Below are positions 42,715-58,256 of a DNA stretch of 64,000 nucleotides, piece after piece. The translations under genes were made by a program, and so were the position numbers. The DNA is from the human T2T-CHM13v2.0 reference genome, Homo sapiens. The stretch lies in NCBI RefSeq assembly GCF_009914755.1, contig NC_060932.1; one strand, 5' to 3'. How positions within the stretch are numbered: the first letter of the stretch is position 1; the number at the start of each line of letters is the position of its first letter. The notes beneath the pieces are model-generated. The model did no database searches and had not been told where the DNA came from. It saw only the letters and a program-made list of their open reading frames with translations.

Positions 42715-45700
42715 ATTTTTCTCAACTTTTATGTTAGACTCAAGGAGCACATGTGCAGATTTGTTACCTTCATATTTTGTGTAAAACAGAGGTTTGAGGT
42801 ACAAATGATCTCATCCCCCAAGTTCTTAGCATTATACCTAATAGTTAGTTTTCCAGTACTTGTTCCTCTCTTCTCCTCCCCTCTCTAATAGTCCTCAGTT
42901 TCTGTTGCTGCCATTTTTATATTTGCAAGTACTCAGGGTTCAGCTCCCACTTGTAAATGAGAACATGCAGTATTTGGTTTTCTGTGCCTGTATTAATTCA
43001 CTTGACATAATGGCCTCCAGCTGCTATAATGTTGCTGCAAATAACATGATCTCTTTCTTTTTTATGGCTGTGTCAAATTATGTGGTATATACATACCACA
43101 TTTTCTTTATCCAATATAGCATTGATGGGCACCTAGATTGATTCCATGTCTTTGCTATTGTGAATAGTGTTGCAATAACCAAGCAAGTGTATGAGTCTTT
43201 TTGATAGAACAGTTTGTTTCCTTTCAGCTATATACCCAGTAATGGGTTTGTTGGATCCAATGATAGTTCAGCTTTCAATTCTTTGAGAAATCTTTAAACT
43301 GCTTTCTACAGTGGCTGAACTAATTTACATTCCACCAACGGTGTATAAGCATTCCCTTTTCTCCACAGTTTTGCCAGTATCTATTGTTTTTATCAGTTTT
43401 TTATTAGTAGCCATCAAGACTTGTATAAGATAGTATTTAATTGTGGTTTTGATTTGCATTTCTGTGATGATTGGTGATGTTGAGCATTTTGTCATATGTT
43501 TGTTGGCTACTTGTATGTCTTCTTTTGAGAAATACCTGTTCATGTATTTTTCCCACTTTTTAAAATGAGATTATTTGGGTTTTTGTTTGCTAAGGTGTTT
43601 AAGATCCTTATAGATTCTGAGTGTTAGATCTTTGTTGGATGTATAGTTTGTGAATATTTTCTCCCATTCTGTAGGTTATCTGTTTACCTTGTTGATAGCT
43701 TCTTTTGCTGCACAGAAGGTTTTTAATTAGGTCCCACTTGTCAATTTTTTTAAATTGCATTTGCTTTTGAGAACTTAGTCAAATTATTTTCCAAAGCTGA
43801 TATCTAGAATGGTATTTCCTAGGTTATCTTCCAGGGATTTTATAGTTGTAAGTTTTACATTTCAGTCTTTAATCCATCTTCAGTTAATTTCAGTATATTG
43901 TGAAAATCAAAGGTCCAGTTTCATTCTCCTGAATAGTTAACTATTCTAGAACCATTTATTTAAGAGGGAGTCCTCTCCTTGTTTCTTATTTTTATCAAAT
44001 CTGTCAAAAACAAGATAACTGTAGGTGTGCAACTTTATTTCTGTTCTTCGTTCCATTCCACTTATCTATGTGTCTGTTTTTATAGCAGTATCATGCTGTT
44101 TTGGTTACTCTAGCCTCATAATATAGTTTGAAGTCAAGTATTGTGATGCCTCTGAGTTTGCACTTCTTGCTTTAGCTAGATGTGCTCTGTTTTGATTCTA
44201 TATGAGTTTTCAAACATTTTTTTTTCAGTTTTGTAAAGAATGGCCTTGGTAGTTTGATAGAAATAGAGTTAAATCTGCAGATTGCTTTTATCAGTATGGC
44301 CATGAAAATGATATTGATTCTTCCAATCCATGAGCATGGAATATTTTTCCATTTATTTGTCTCATCTATGATTTATTTTGGCACTGTTTCGTATTTCTCG
44401 TTGTAGACATTTTTCACCTCCTGGCTTACATTTAGTCCTGGGTATTTTACCTTTTTGTAGCTGTTGTAAATGGGATTGCATTTTTTATTTGGTTCTGAGC
44501 TTGAATGTTATTGTTGTATAGCAATGCTACTGATTTTTGTAGATTGATTTTGTAACCTGAAACTTTACTGAAGTCATTCATACAAGAGCCTTTTGCTGGA
44601 ATCTTTAGGGTTTTCTAGGTATCAAATCAAATTGTTTGTAGAAGATAGATAGTTTGAATTCTTCTTTTCCTATTCATATGTTGTTTATTTTGTTTTCTCT
44701 CGTGATTGCTTTGGCTAGCTATTTCAGTACTATGTTGAATAGGAGTGGTGAGAATCAGCAACCTTGTCTTGTTTCAGTTCTCAAGAAGATTGCTCCCAGT
44801 TTTTGCCCTTTCAGTATAATGTTGGCTGTTAGTTTGTCATAGTTGTCTCTTATTATTTTGAGATGTGTTTCTTTGATGCTTCATTTCTTGAGGGCTTTTA
44901 TCATGAAGCTATGTTGTATTTTATCAAAAAGCTATTTCTTTGTCTATTAAGTTGATCATATGGTTTTTAATTGTTTAAGTACTAATTACATTTATTTAGT
45001 TGTGTATGTTGAACCAACCTTGCATCCCAAGAGAAAAGTCTACTTGATCATGGTGAATTACTTTTTTGATGTGCTGTTGAATTAGGTTTGCTAGTATTTT
45101 TTTGAGGATTTTTGTGTCCATGTTCATTAAGAATATTATCCTGTAATTTCCTTTTTTTTTGTTGTGTCTTGCCAAGTTTTGGTATCAGGGTGGTACTGGC
45201 TTTGTAGAATGAGTTAGGAGGAGTCCTCCTCTACAATTTTTTTTAATAGTTTCAGTAGGATGGTTACCATCTCTTCTTTGTACTTCTGGCAGAATTTTGT
45301 GGTGAATTCCTCTTGTCCAGGGCTTTTATTGGTTAGTAGGGTTTTTATTATTAATTCAATTTTGGAACTTAGTATTTGTCTATTCAGGGCTTCTATTTCT
45401 TTCTGATTCAATAATTGGAGGTTGTGTGTTTCCAAGAATTTATCCATTTCCTCTAGATTTTCTATTTGGTATGCATAGAGGCATTCTTAGTAGTCTCTGA
45501 GGATCTTTTGTATTCTGTGGGGTCGGTGGTAATGTCAACTTTGCTATTTCTGATTATGCTTGTTTAAATATTCCGTCATTTTTTTCTTGTTAATTTAGTT
45601 AATGGTTTATTAATCTTGTATATTCTTTCAAAGAGACAACTTTTGGTTTTATTGATTCATTGTGTGGATTTTTGAACTCAACTTCATTGAGTTATGCTCT

Positions 45701-48700
45701 CATTTTCTTTCTTTATTTTTTTTCTGCTAGCTTTGGGGATACTCTGTTCTTCTTTCTCTACTTCCTCTGGGTGTAATCTAGATCATTAATTTGAGATCTT
45801 TTTAACTTGTTTAGGTAGGCATTTAGTGCTGTAAACTCCTTTAACACTGCTTTTGCTGTACCCCAGAGATTTTGGTGTGTTGTGTCTCTGTTCCCATTTA
45901 TTTCAAAGAACTTCTTAATTTCTACCTTAATTTTTGTTTTTTCTCAAAATTCATTTAGGAGCCAGTTGTTTAATTTTCATGTAATCATGCAGTTTTGAGA
46001 GATCTTCTTGGAACTGATTTTTATTTTTATTCCACTGTGGTGTGAGATTATAGTTGGTATGATTTCTAATTGTATTTTAATTAATTGAGATTTTTTTTAT
46101 GGCTGAGTATATGGTTGATCTTGGAATATTTTCCTTGTGCAATTGAAAAGAATTTATATTCTGTGGTTGATGAGTATTCTGTAGATGTCTACTAGTTCCA
46201 GTTGATAAAGTGTTGAATTTAAGTCCAGAATTCTTTTGTTAGTTTTCTGCCTCTATGATCTGTCTAACACCATCAGTGGGGTGTTGAATTTCCCTGCCAT
46301 TATTATGTGGCAGTCTGAGTCCTTTACTAGGTCTACAAGTATTTGTTTTATGCACCTGGGCACTCTAATGTAGAGCATGTATATATTTAGGATATTTAAG
46401 TGTTCTTGTTTTAGTTGAACCCTTTATCATTATGTAATGCCTTTCTTTGTCCTTTTTTTACAGTAGTTGGTTTAAAGTCTATTTTATCTGATATAAGAAT
46501 AACTACTCATGCTCTTTTTTGCTTTTTGTTTCTGTGGTAGATCTTTATACCACCATTTACTTGCATCTATATGTGTCATTACTCATGGGATGGGTTTCTG
46601 GAAGACAGAAGACAGATGGGTATTGTTTTTAATCCACCTTGCCACTCTGTGTCTTTTAATTGGGACATTTAGACCATTTACATTCAAGGTTAATATTGAT
46701 ATGTGAGGTTTTGATCCTATAGTGAAGTTGTTAGTGGTTACTTTGTAGTTTCTATTGTGTGGTTCCTTTATAGAGTCTATGAGCTATAGACTTAAGTGTG
46801 GGCTGTTTTGGTAGCAGGTATTGTTATTTAGTTTTTCTGTTCACAACTCCTTTAAGGATCTCTTGTAAAACTGGTCTAGTGGTAACAAATTCCCTTAGTG
46901 TTTACTTGTCTGGAAAAGATTTTATTTCTCCTTCAGTTACAAAACTTAGCTTGGCAGGAAGAAACTAAACTTGGTTTAGATTTTTGTTTGGAATTTCTTT
47001 GTTAAAATTTATTGTCTTTAAGAATGCTAAAAATAGCCCCCCAATCTCTTATGGCTTATAAAATTTCTGCTGACAAGTCCACTGTTAGCCTGATGAGGGT
47101 TCCCTTTGTATGTGATCTGGCCTTTTTTCCTACCTGGCTTTAAGATTTCTAATTTAGCATTGACCTTGAATAGTCTGGTAAATACATATCTTGTTAATGT
47201 ATTTTTTTATAGCATCTCACAGATGTTCTCTGGATTTTTGGATACCTGGATGTCAACATCTCTAATATGATTAGGACATTTTTCTTCAATCATTCCTCAA
47301 ATATGTTTTCTACATTGTTTAGTTTTCTTTCTTCTTTCTTAGGAGTGCCAATAACTCATAGGTTTGGTTGCTTTACGTAATATCATATTTCTCAAAGACT
47401 GTTTATTTTTTCAAATTCCTTTTTTGTCTGACTGGGTTTGTTCACAAGACTGGCCTACAAGTTCTGAAAACTTCTCCTTCGATAAATCTATAGATGGTGC
47501 TTTCAATTATATTTTGAAATATTTTAAGTGAATCTTTTATTTTCAGAAGCTCTGATTGATTCCTTATTAGGATATTTCTCTCATCCTTTATTTCTTGGAT
47601 TGCTTTAGAAGTTTCTTTATGTTGATTGTAAACCTCGTCTTGAATTTTGTTGATCTTCCTTGCAATCCATGCTTTGAATTCTTTATCTGCCATTTCTGAA
47701 TTTCTATTTTGTTTAGGACCATTACTGGATGGCTAGTGTGATCCTTTGTTGTTGTCATTGCATTCAGATTTTTTATGCTGCCAGAATTATTGTTCCTTTT
47801 TATCTGGAGATGCTGGCACTTCTAATTTCTTTTTATTTTTTAACCTACAATACTGTTGTGTTATTTCCTTTCTCTTTCCCTTTTCCCCATCCCCAAGGGG
47901 TGTGACTATAGAGAATGCTGGGTGGAGTCTTTTGACTTAACTTCTACAGCCCTATGCATTTCGGTCAGCATGTTTTATACTGGGCTGTGCAGTTACATCT
48001 AGAAGACAGTAGCTAGCACTTATATATAATATATGACTATGGCCAACATGGCCTGGTGTATACCTGAACTTTGTTTACTGGAAGAAGCTCTATTTTGCCT
48101 CAGGCAATGGGCTGATTCATAGAGGGCACAGTGGTGAGAGCTCCCTGCTCAGCCCTGGGCAGGAATGAGCCAAGATGTATGGAGCTGGAGTGGGGAGTTC
48201 TGCCTACAGGTTGCTTGATGGCAGCCACAAGCACTAGTGCCAAGGAAGAATCCACTCAGCAGCCAGCAAGCCTCCAAAGTTGTGCCTAGTCATGGAGCTG
48301 GGAAACCTTCTCATCTCTAAGTTCTCTGCAAGAGTATGGGAGTGGTCTTAACTCCTAACTCAGGAGAGTGAGTACTCCAGACACCTGGTGATTAGTCTAG
48401 GTATGGAGCAGAGAGGGCCCTCCTGTACCAAGATATCCACAAAGGAGGGATAGGACAACTCAGGCTGCTGAACGAGATAAGCAAATTGTCCGAATACCTG
48501 GAGATCTGCCTGGGCATGTATTGGAGAGGGCCCTGTTGCACCTTGATCTATGCCCTGGAAAACTGAGGTGGCTCAGGCTGCTGAACAAGGCAAATGGGTG
48601 CTCTCAATGCTTGGAGATATCCCTGGGCATGGAGTAGAGAGGGCCTTCCTGCACCAGGATTTCCACACAGGAAGGTTGGGGAAAGTCAGGTCGTGACCCA

Positions 48701-49490
48701 GGTGAGTGGGTGCTCTGAATGCCTGCAGATCTGCCTGCACATGGAGCAGAGAGGGCCCCACAGCATCATGATCTCAGAGGAGCAGGCTGGCACCCAGCAA
48801 TTGCACTAGCAGACTGGTTCCAGGTCATCAAGCTGGCCCTGGCTGGATGTCTCACCACAAAGGTGAAACTGTAGCTGTAGCAGTTTTCCTACCAATCCAG
48901 ACTTGCAACAAGTGGGAGCACAATTTCATTTTCTACTGCTGAGGTGCTTTCCACAGTTTTGGATTTGGAGGCCCCTACTCAGCTTCAAATCTCCGGCCCA
49001 AGGCTAAAATGCCTATGTGGCCACACTTCTGGGTTGCCAAAGTATGGTTGCCTTTGTTTTTGCCAAGATTGGAAATAACATTCTGCTCCCAGTCCTGGGT
49101 TTGGGAAATTGCCTACAGCTTTTCCTGGTGTCTTTCCCTCACAGCATCTCTGAGTCTCTTTCCAAGTTAGCTCCAAGACTTGAGAGAATGAAAGTTCTCT
49201 CCCTCAACTTGAGTTGTTCAAATGCCCAGTGTAAAGGTGAGTCACAGAGGGAAACCCTCTGCCTCTTTCATATACGGGAGCTTTACTCACTTTTATTGGC
49301 TAGACACCATAACAGGGGTCATTTGTGAGGATTTTCCTCCACAGGCTGTGGGGAGTTCTTCATGATTCCAGTGGATTCCCACTTTCTTTTTTAAATTAAA
49401 GATCACAGAGTTGATCTTTATGCACTATCTTGCTATTTTCAAGTGGCTGAGGCATGCTAAAAGCCCCTCCTCCCCCATATTTGAAAAAAT
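42715..49490 (-). mobile_element. Near full-length decayed LINE-1 (L1PA15/16-like)
   Basis: 3' end at left. ORF2 relics [17 protein letters not shown] (43325-43543) and MDKFLETHNL (45214-45447); ORF1 relic MADKEFKAWIARK (47442-47693); 5' end reads gcttttagcatgcctcagccacttg on the minus strand. Confidence 0.93.
48360..48775. repeat. About 4 copies of a 113-bp tandem unit in the L1 5'UTR
   Basis: gagagggcc at 48411, 48524, 48637 and 48749; ctcaggctgctgaac at 48459 and 48572. Confidence 0.9.
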
Positions 49491-52400
49491 AATCAACACG
49501 CATATTTAAAAATTGATAGAAAATCTAAAAACATTTTAATATTGAGAAAGTTTGCAAGTGGGGAAATAACTTATCTCTAAATGTTCTCCTCTATTTCATG
49601 TGTATTTTTTAAAAATAAAACCTTTATTCTTAATTTTTCTGACTAAGGAGAAAAGTCCAAAGAAATAAATAAATCTAAAAGCAAAATGGGGTTGTGAGAA
49701 GAGTGACAAAGCAAGATGGCAGAATAGAACTCTCCTGAGATTCTACCCTAATAGAAACATCAGATTGAAGTGTTTCCATACAAGATAACACCTTTAGAGG
49801 AGCTAAAGAAAACGATGGTAGATCAGAGTACCTGGTTTTAGAATAGTATCAAGGAAAGAGGCATTGAAGGGAGTAGGAAGGATAGAGCCTTATTTCCTGT
49901 AGTTCCTGTCCCACAACCCCAGACAGCACAGTGCAGAAAGAGAATCTATGTGTGTAGGGGAAAAAGAGACGTGTGTATAAGACTTTGTATTGGAACTTAG
50001 TACCAGCTACACCACATTATAACACAGCACTTGGAAGAAACTCAGCCCTTGATGCCAGGTCATTGTACATGAAGTGAGAATTTGGGCCCATTCTATGCCA
50101 GAAGGGAATCCACAGACCCATTGGAAGAAACTCTTTTCTCAACCTGCTTCACCAAATGGTGAAAAAAGTGGCTTCAGGCCTTTAATAAATTTCATTGGCA
50201 GGAAGGTTGTAGTAACTGCAATTCTCAAGCAAGTCCTGGTGCTGTGCTGGTCTGGAAGGCTGTGGGTTTGGAATATAACTAAGCATCACATCAACTGTGG
50301 TGACAATGGAAGTGTCTGCATCACCCTTCCCCCAACTCCATATAGTGCAGCAACAAGAGAGATTCCTTCTACCTGGGAGAAGGAGAAGGAAAAGATCAGC
50401 AGATTTTGCCTTAGAACCAAGTACCAGCCTCATCAGAAAATGCAGCAATAAGCAGAGACCTGCAGGCCCTAATTACAGACAGGTAGCCCTAGATGGCACT
50501 TCTAGACCCACCCTAGGCCACGGGAAATCCAGTGCCTTGATATAATGGACCCAAATCTTGGCCAGGATTGCCATCAGCTGACTAAACTGCTTCAGGCGGT
50601 GATTAAATATCTGTGGCAGTCAGTCAGCAGTAACCACAGGCCTTAGGCTAGCTCCTTTGCTACACTGGTCTGGGAGGTCATGGGTTTAGGATGTAGTCCA
50701 GCATGCTGCCAGCTGTGGTAACCATGAAATTACCTGTTTCACACTTCCTCCAACTTAGGGAAGTGCAGTGAGGAGAGACTTCTGTTTATTAGAACAAAGG
50801 AAACACTTTGATCTTTTCTAAATTCATTAGGGCTGAGAACACAGTAGTCTTTAAGAGTTGCAGTGCAACTGGATATAAGGTGCCCTCTTGTGCCAATATT
50901 TTTTTCTGTGACATCAGGCTTAGGGAATTCAATAGTCATCCTACTTTAAATTCCTAGAAGACCCTCTGAAGAAGGACAGGTATAATCAAGGCTTGAATGT
51001 AAAGACTGGAATAAATACCCAAATCTTCAATCCTCTGACACTGGTGAACATCCAGGAGCATCAAGAATATTCAGGGCAATAAGACCTCATCAAATAGATG
51101 AAATTAGGTACCAGTTACCAGCCCTGGAAAGATGGATATATGTGATATCTCAGAGAGTGAATTCAAAATTTATGTTTGAGAAAAGCCAACAAACTCTAGG
51201 AATATCACAAAGAATCAATTCAGAAATTTATCAGAAAAATTTAATAAAGAGATTGAAATAATTTAAAAAAATCAAACAGAAATCCTGAAGTGGAAAAGTA
51301 CAATAGAGAAAGCGAAAATTGCATTAGAGGGTCTCCACAGCAGAATTAATAAAACAAAGTAAAGAATCGGTGCACTCAAAGATAGGCTATTTGAAACAAA
51401 CAGGAGAGAAAAAGTAAAAATAAATAAATAATTAATTAAAAAGGAACAATATATGCTGATACCAATGAGATATATGGGGTGGTATAAAAAGAGAAAATGT
51501 AAGGGTCATTGGCCTTAAAGAAAGAATAGAATAACAAAAATGGCTAAAAAGCTAAATCAAAGTAATAATAACAGAAAATGTGTCCAACCTAGAGAAAGAC
51601 ATAAACCTCCAGGCAGAGGAAGGTAAAAAATCACCAAGCAAATGCCATGCGAATAAGACTACTCCAAAGCATATAATAATCAAACTCTAGAAGGTCCAGG
51701 ACAAAGGGAAAATATTAAAAGAACCAGGAAAAAAGAAGAAAATGACACATAATGGGGCTTCATTACCTCTAACAACAGACCTCTCATTGGAAACTTTACG
51801 GGCTAGAAGATTTGAGTAACACATTCAAAGTGCTGAGGGGAACGATGACAACAAAATGCAACTTCCAACTGAGAATATTTTACACAGCAAAGATATCCTT
51901 CAAACATGAAAAAGAGAGAGATTTTCCAAACAAAAGCTCAGGCAATTCATCACCACCAGAACTATCTTACAAGAAATGCTAAAGGGAGTTCTTCAATATG
52001 AAGGAATAAGACACCAATTTGTAATAAGAAAACATCTGAAGATATAAAACTCACAGATAAAAGTAAGTATACAGACACATTTAGAATACTTTAATACTGT
52101 AATTATGGTGTGTAAACCAATCATATTTTTAGTATAAAGAATGAAATATAAAACAATTAAAATAATAAAAACAATTTGATAAGAGATAGATAAAAAGATA
52201 TAAATTGAAACATTCATAAGTAAAAAAGTAGGAGAATTTGGTATTTAAATATAGAGTTGTTTAGGTTTTGGTTTGTTTGTGTACATTCTTTTCTTTGCAT
52301 TCTAAGTAAAGTTGTCATCATTTTAAAATTACATGTTATACCTGTAAGATTTTTTTAGAGCATTATGGTAACCACAAATCAAAAACCTATAATAGATACC

Positions 52401-54354
52401 CTAAAAATCAAAAGCAAGTAATTAAAATGCACTATTAGAGAAAAATCACTTAACCACAAAGGAATATATTAAGAAAGAAAGAGAGCTGTTATGAAGCACG
52501 CAGAAATAAAGTAAGATCATGGTAATAATAACTCCTTACCTATGGATAATAACCTTAAATATAATTTTCAAATTAAAGGACATAGAGTGGCTGAATAAAT
52601 AAAAATGCAAGGCCCACCTATATGCTGCTTAAACTAAATGCACTTTACTTATAAAGGCATGCATTAACTAAAAGTGAAGAGATGGGAAAAATATTCCATG
52701 CAAACATAAACCAAAATAGCAATAGTAGCTATAGTTGTATCATATAAAATAGACTTTAAATCAGAAAAGATCTTAAAGACAAAGTTATTAAATAATAAAA
52801 AATGGCTCAGAAGAGCAGAAGGTTAGAACAATTGTGAACCTATATGCACCTAACACAGGAGAATGTAAATATGTAATGCAAATATTAACAGCCATAAGGG
52901 TGAAATTGACTGCAATACAATAGTGCTGGAGAACGTTAACACCTTTCAGCCACAGACAGATCATCCAGACAGTAAATCATCAAACATCAAAGTTAAATCA
53001 CCCTCTAAACCAAATGAACCGAACAGACAGTTAGAAAATCTTCTATTGAACAGATGCAGAACAAATATTCTTTTGTCAATGCACATGGAATATTCTTCAG
53101 GATAGAATATATGTTAGGCCACAAAACAAATCTTGAGTTTTTAAAAATTGAAATGATATCAAGTATTTTTTTTCTGACCACAATGTAATAAAACTAGAAA
53201 TCAATAACAGGAGGAAATTTGGAAACTGTTCAAACACACAGAAATTAAATAGCATTTTAATATCAAACAATGGGTTAATGAATAAATTAAGGGAAATTTT
53301 TAAACAGTTAATAAGGAATTTAAAAATTGCTAGAAGCCAATGAAAAGGAAAACATATCATACCCAAACCCATGGGATACAGCAAAAGCTATCCTAAGAAG
53401 GAAGATTGTAGCAATAAATTCCTACATCAAACACTTAGATTTCAAATAAATGATGTAAAATTATACCTCAAGAAACTAGAATAACAAGAACTATCTAAAT
53501 CTAAATTAAGTATATAAAAAGAAATTATAAATGTCAGAGCAGAAATAAACTAAGCAGAGACTTTAAAAAGAATACAAAAGATCAATGAAAGAAAGAGCTG
53601 TGTTTTTAAAAGACAAACAGAATCAACAAACAATTAGCTAGACTAAGAGGAAAGAAAGAAAACTCATAAAATCAGAAATAAAAATGGAGACGTTACAACT
53701 GATGCCACAGAAATACAATAGACCATAAGAGACAGCTGTGAACAACTATACTTCATTAATTTGCAAACAAAACAAAAGGATAAATTCCTGGACCCATACA
53801 ACTTACCAAGATTGCAACATAAAGGAATATACGACCTGAACAAACCAAGAATGAATAACAAAATTGAACAGTAATAAAATGCCTCCTATCAAAGAAAGCC
53901 CAGGAACTGATGGCTTCACTGGTGAATTCTACTCAACATTCAAAGAAGAGCGAGTACCAATTCTACTCAAACTATTTAAAAAAATTGAAAAGAAGGAATA
54001 CTTTAAAACTCATTCTACATGGCCAGCATGCCTCCATACTAAGACCAGAGAAGAACAAACAACAAAAGAATTATAGGCATATATCTCTAATGAACATTGG
54101 TGCAAAACCCCTCAGCAAAATACTAGCAAACTTAATTCAACAAAAGATTAAAAAGATTATGCACCATGATCTAGTGAGATTCATCCCAGGGATGCAAGGA
54201 TAGTTCAACATAAGTAGATCAATAAGCATGATGTGTTACATTAACACAATCAAAGACCATATGATAATTTTAACAGATGCTGAAAAATTATTCTGTAAAA
54301 TGTAATACTCTCTCATGATTAAAAACTCTTAAGAAACTTAGTATAGAAGCAATG

Positions 54355-55585
54355 TATTAGACTCATAATCCCAAAAGACACAATCCCAAATGGCATAATG
54401 CTGAATGCTGAATCTCTGAAAGATCAAAGCTCTTAAAGATCAAAATCCATAACATCCAAAATCCTGAAAATCACAATCACAGGCTACTTGCATTATGTTA
54501 GGCAAAACTATTACATTGTTACTGTCTTTATGCAGAAGAAAATAGATTTCATTTGAATCCTCAAACCATAATGTCAGATTTGGAATTGAGTGTAATCAAA
54601 ACTTCTTAAAGTAAATTTCAAGGTCTCACCAATAAAGCTTGCTTTTTCCATTCACCCAATGCATTTGGAAGATCATTTAAATGAATAATTTGACCACAAA
54701 ATCTGGTTATAATGAAAATTTCAGTTGAAAAACATGTCATTTGCCTGCATTGGCATTCCTTTCAACTGATGACATTCCACGACCTTTTAATGAATTAAAG
54801 CCACATTTTCCTGAAGAACCAGTGAAGTTACTGACTAATTTGAAAATAATTTTGTCCATAGTAGGATAAGAATTAACTGACACAATGGTATTGCTGTTCA
54901 ATCACCAGTATTGTTTCTGCCAAATCTGTGGTCTTTATATGAGTGCATGAGAAATGAATTTTCAGATACCCCAAACAATATAGAAGCATGGCACAGAAGA
55001 TGGGATAATTTAATAGGGAATGCTCAAGTCAGTGTATATTGGATCAAATAATTTAATAAAGAGCAGTGCAATGTAGAAGATGAATATGAACATGTTCTGC
55101 AAGGAGAGCTATGTGCTAAAAGAAGAAAAAGCAGCTATTTATCATGCTGCAAGAGTTCAAAATACAGTGAATGATTGCAAGAATCATCAGTTCTTATGGA
55201 TTATTTCTGTGCAATTGCCCACAATCTATTCCTGCAAAACACCATTTCATATGCTTTATTTTCTTTTTAGTTATTTTTCCTTTTTTGAGTTTTTTTAATT
55301 CACTATTTTAAATTGTCAGCATAATTTTCTCAAAATTCACTATGCTATGTATTTCATCTTCACATCTTTTCCAATACTGGAAGTGTGAATTTGTAAAGAT
55401 TTTTTGGTGAGTTTTAATCTGTTTTATGCATTTTTGGCAAATTTGACTTCATAAAAGTGCTTTGACTTTTAGGCATTGTGTGTGTATATGTAAAAATGTT
55501 GAAACTTCCTCAATAAATGAAAGGTTGTTCTCTTTATACATCTGCATTAGTGAAAGATAAAATTTCTCAAGATCTTAGCTTTTTT
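54355..55585 (+). mobile_element. Ricksha-like (MULE-MuDR) DNA transposon relic with decayed transposase
   Basis: Subterminal aatccc/gatcaaaatcc repeats; hand translation gives TIMSDLELSVIKTS*SKFQGLTNKACFFH (~54565-54651) and DTPNNIEAWHRRWDNLIGNA (~54965-55024). Confidence 0.85.
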
Positions 55586-57096
55586 GAGAGGCTGGTATTA
55601 CTGGAAATGAGGAACAAATAAAGGAATTTAATAAAGTTGCAGGATACAAAATCAGCATACAAAAATCAAGCGTCTTTTTATATGCTGATAGTGAACTATG
55701 TACAAAAGATATCAAGAAATCAATTTCATTTACAATAGCCACGAAAAGATTAAAATAACTATGAATAAACTTAACCAAAAGTGTAAAAGATCTACACAAT
55801 AAAAACTATAATACATTGAAAGAAATTTAAAAGACCACAAATAAATGAAAAGAAATCCTGTAGAATTAATATTGTTAAATGTCCATATTACCCAAAGTGA
55901 TCTACAGATTAAATGCAATTTTTATCAAACTACCCATGACATTTTTCACAGAAATAGGGAAAAGAATCTTAAAATTTATATGAAAATGCAAAAAGCATCA
56001 CATTCTTTGACTTCAAATTATACTACAAAGCTGTAGTAAAAACAACAGCATGGTGATGGCATAAAAGCAGGTACATAGACCAAGGGAAAAGAATAGAGAA
56101 CCCAGAAATAAATCCATGAATTTATAAGCAACTGATTTTTTGCAAGGTGCCAAGAATATTTATTGGCAAAACAACAGTCTCTTCAATAAATAGTGTGTTT
56201 GGAAAACTGTAACCCACATGCACAAGAATGAAAGTATACCTCTACCTCTCACTATATACCAAAACTATCTCTAAGTGTATTAAAGACTTAAATGTTAGAC
56301 TCAAAACTATGAGACTACTAGAAGAAAATATAGAGTAAATGCTTTGTGAAACTAAACTGAGTAAAGATTTTAAAATAAGACCTTAGAAGCACAGGCAACA
56401 CAAGCAAATATAGACAAATGGGATTTTATTAAACTAGAAAGCTTATGCTCAGAAATAAATAAATAAAGTGTAGTGACAACCTACAGGATGAGAGAAACTA
56501 TTTGAAAATTATGCATCTGACAACAGGTTAATATTCACATACATAAAAAATTCAAAAAACTCAATAGCAAAAATCAGATAATCCAGCTAAAAATGCATAA
56601 ATGGTCTGAATAGACATATTTCCAAGGGAGAGACTCACAGAGCCAACAGATATATGAAAAAATGTTCAATGTCATTAGTTATTTAAAAAAAATCACAATG
56701 AGATATCATTTCATCACATTTAGAATGGCCATTATCAGAAAGCCCAAAAATAACACATGCTAATGAGGATACAATGTAAAGAGAACACTTATACACTGTT
56801 GGCAGAAATGCAAACTAGTACATCCATTAGAAAACATGATAGAGGTTTCTCAAAAACTAAAAATAGAACTATCATATGATCCAGCAATCCCACTACTGGA
56901 TATTTTTCCAAAGAAAACAAAATCAGTATATGGAAGAGATACCCATGTTTATTGCAGCTTTATTCACAACAGCCAAGATATGAAATCAACCTAAATGTTC
57001 ATCCACAGATTAATGGATAAAGAAAATGTTATATATATGTATACACAATGGAATACTATTCAGCCATAAAGCAGAATTAAATTCTGTCATTTGTGA

Positions 57097-57759
<663 letters not shown>

Positions 57760-58256
57760 TATGGCAATATGGATGACCCTAGAGTACATTAAGTTAAGTG
57801 AAATAAGCCAAGCCAAGAAAGACAAACACTCCACATAATTTCACTCATATGTGGATATTTAAAAACTAAATTTTATAGAGGTAGAGGGTATAATCATTGG
57901 TTAGCAGAGGCTGTGGAGGACAGGGGGAAAAGGGACGAGGACCAGTTGGTCAATAGGTACAAAGTTACACAGGAAAAATAAAATTTGGTGTTCTATTACA
58001 CAGTAGGATGACTGAAACCAATAACAATGTAGTGTGTGTATATTTCAAATTAGCTAGAAAAGATTTTAAATGTCACTACTAAGAAATAAGACATAATTAA
58101 AGTGATGAATATAGCAATTACCCCAGTTTGATCATTATGCTATGTATGCATGTATTTAAACAGCACATTGTATTCCATAAATATGTATAATTATTATGGT
58201 CAATTATAAATAGAAATAAACTAAAATGATAAAAAATTAAACTTAAAAAAATGAAT

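Noticed and set aside
48360-48775. Regularly spaced repeats read as a CRISPR-like array
   Set aside because: Whole units are homologous with no unique spacers, they lie within an L1 5'UTR, and the DNA is eukaryotic.
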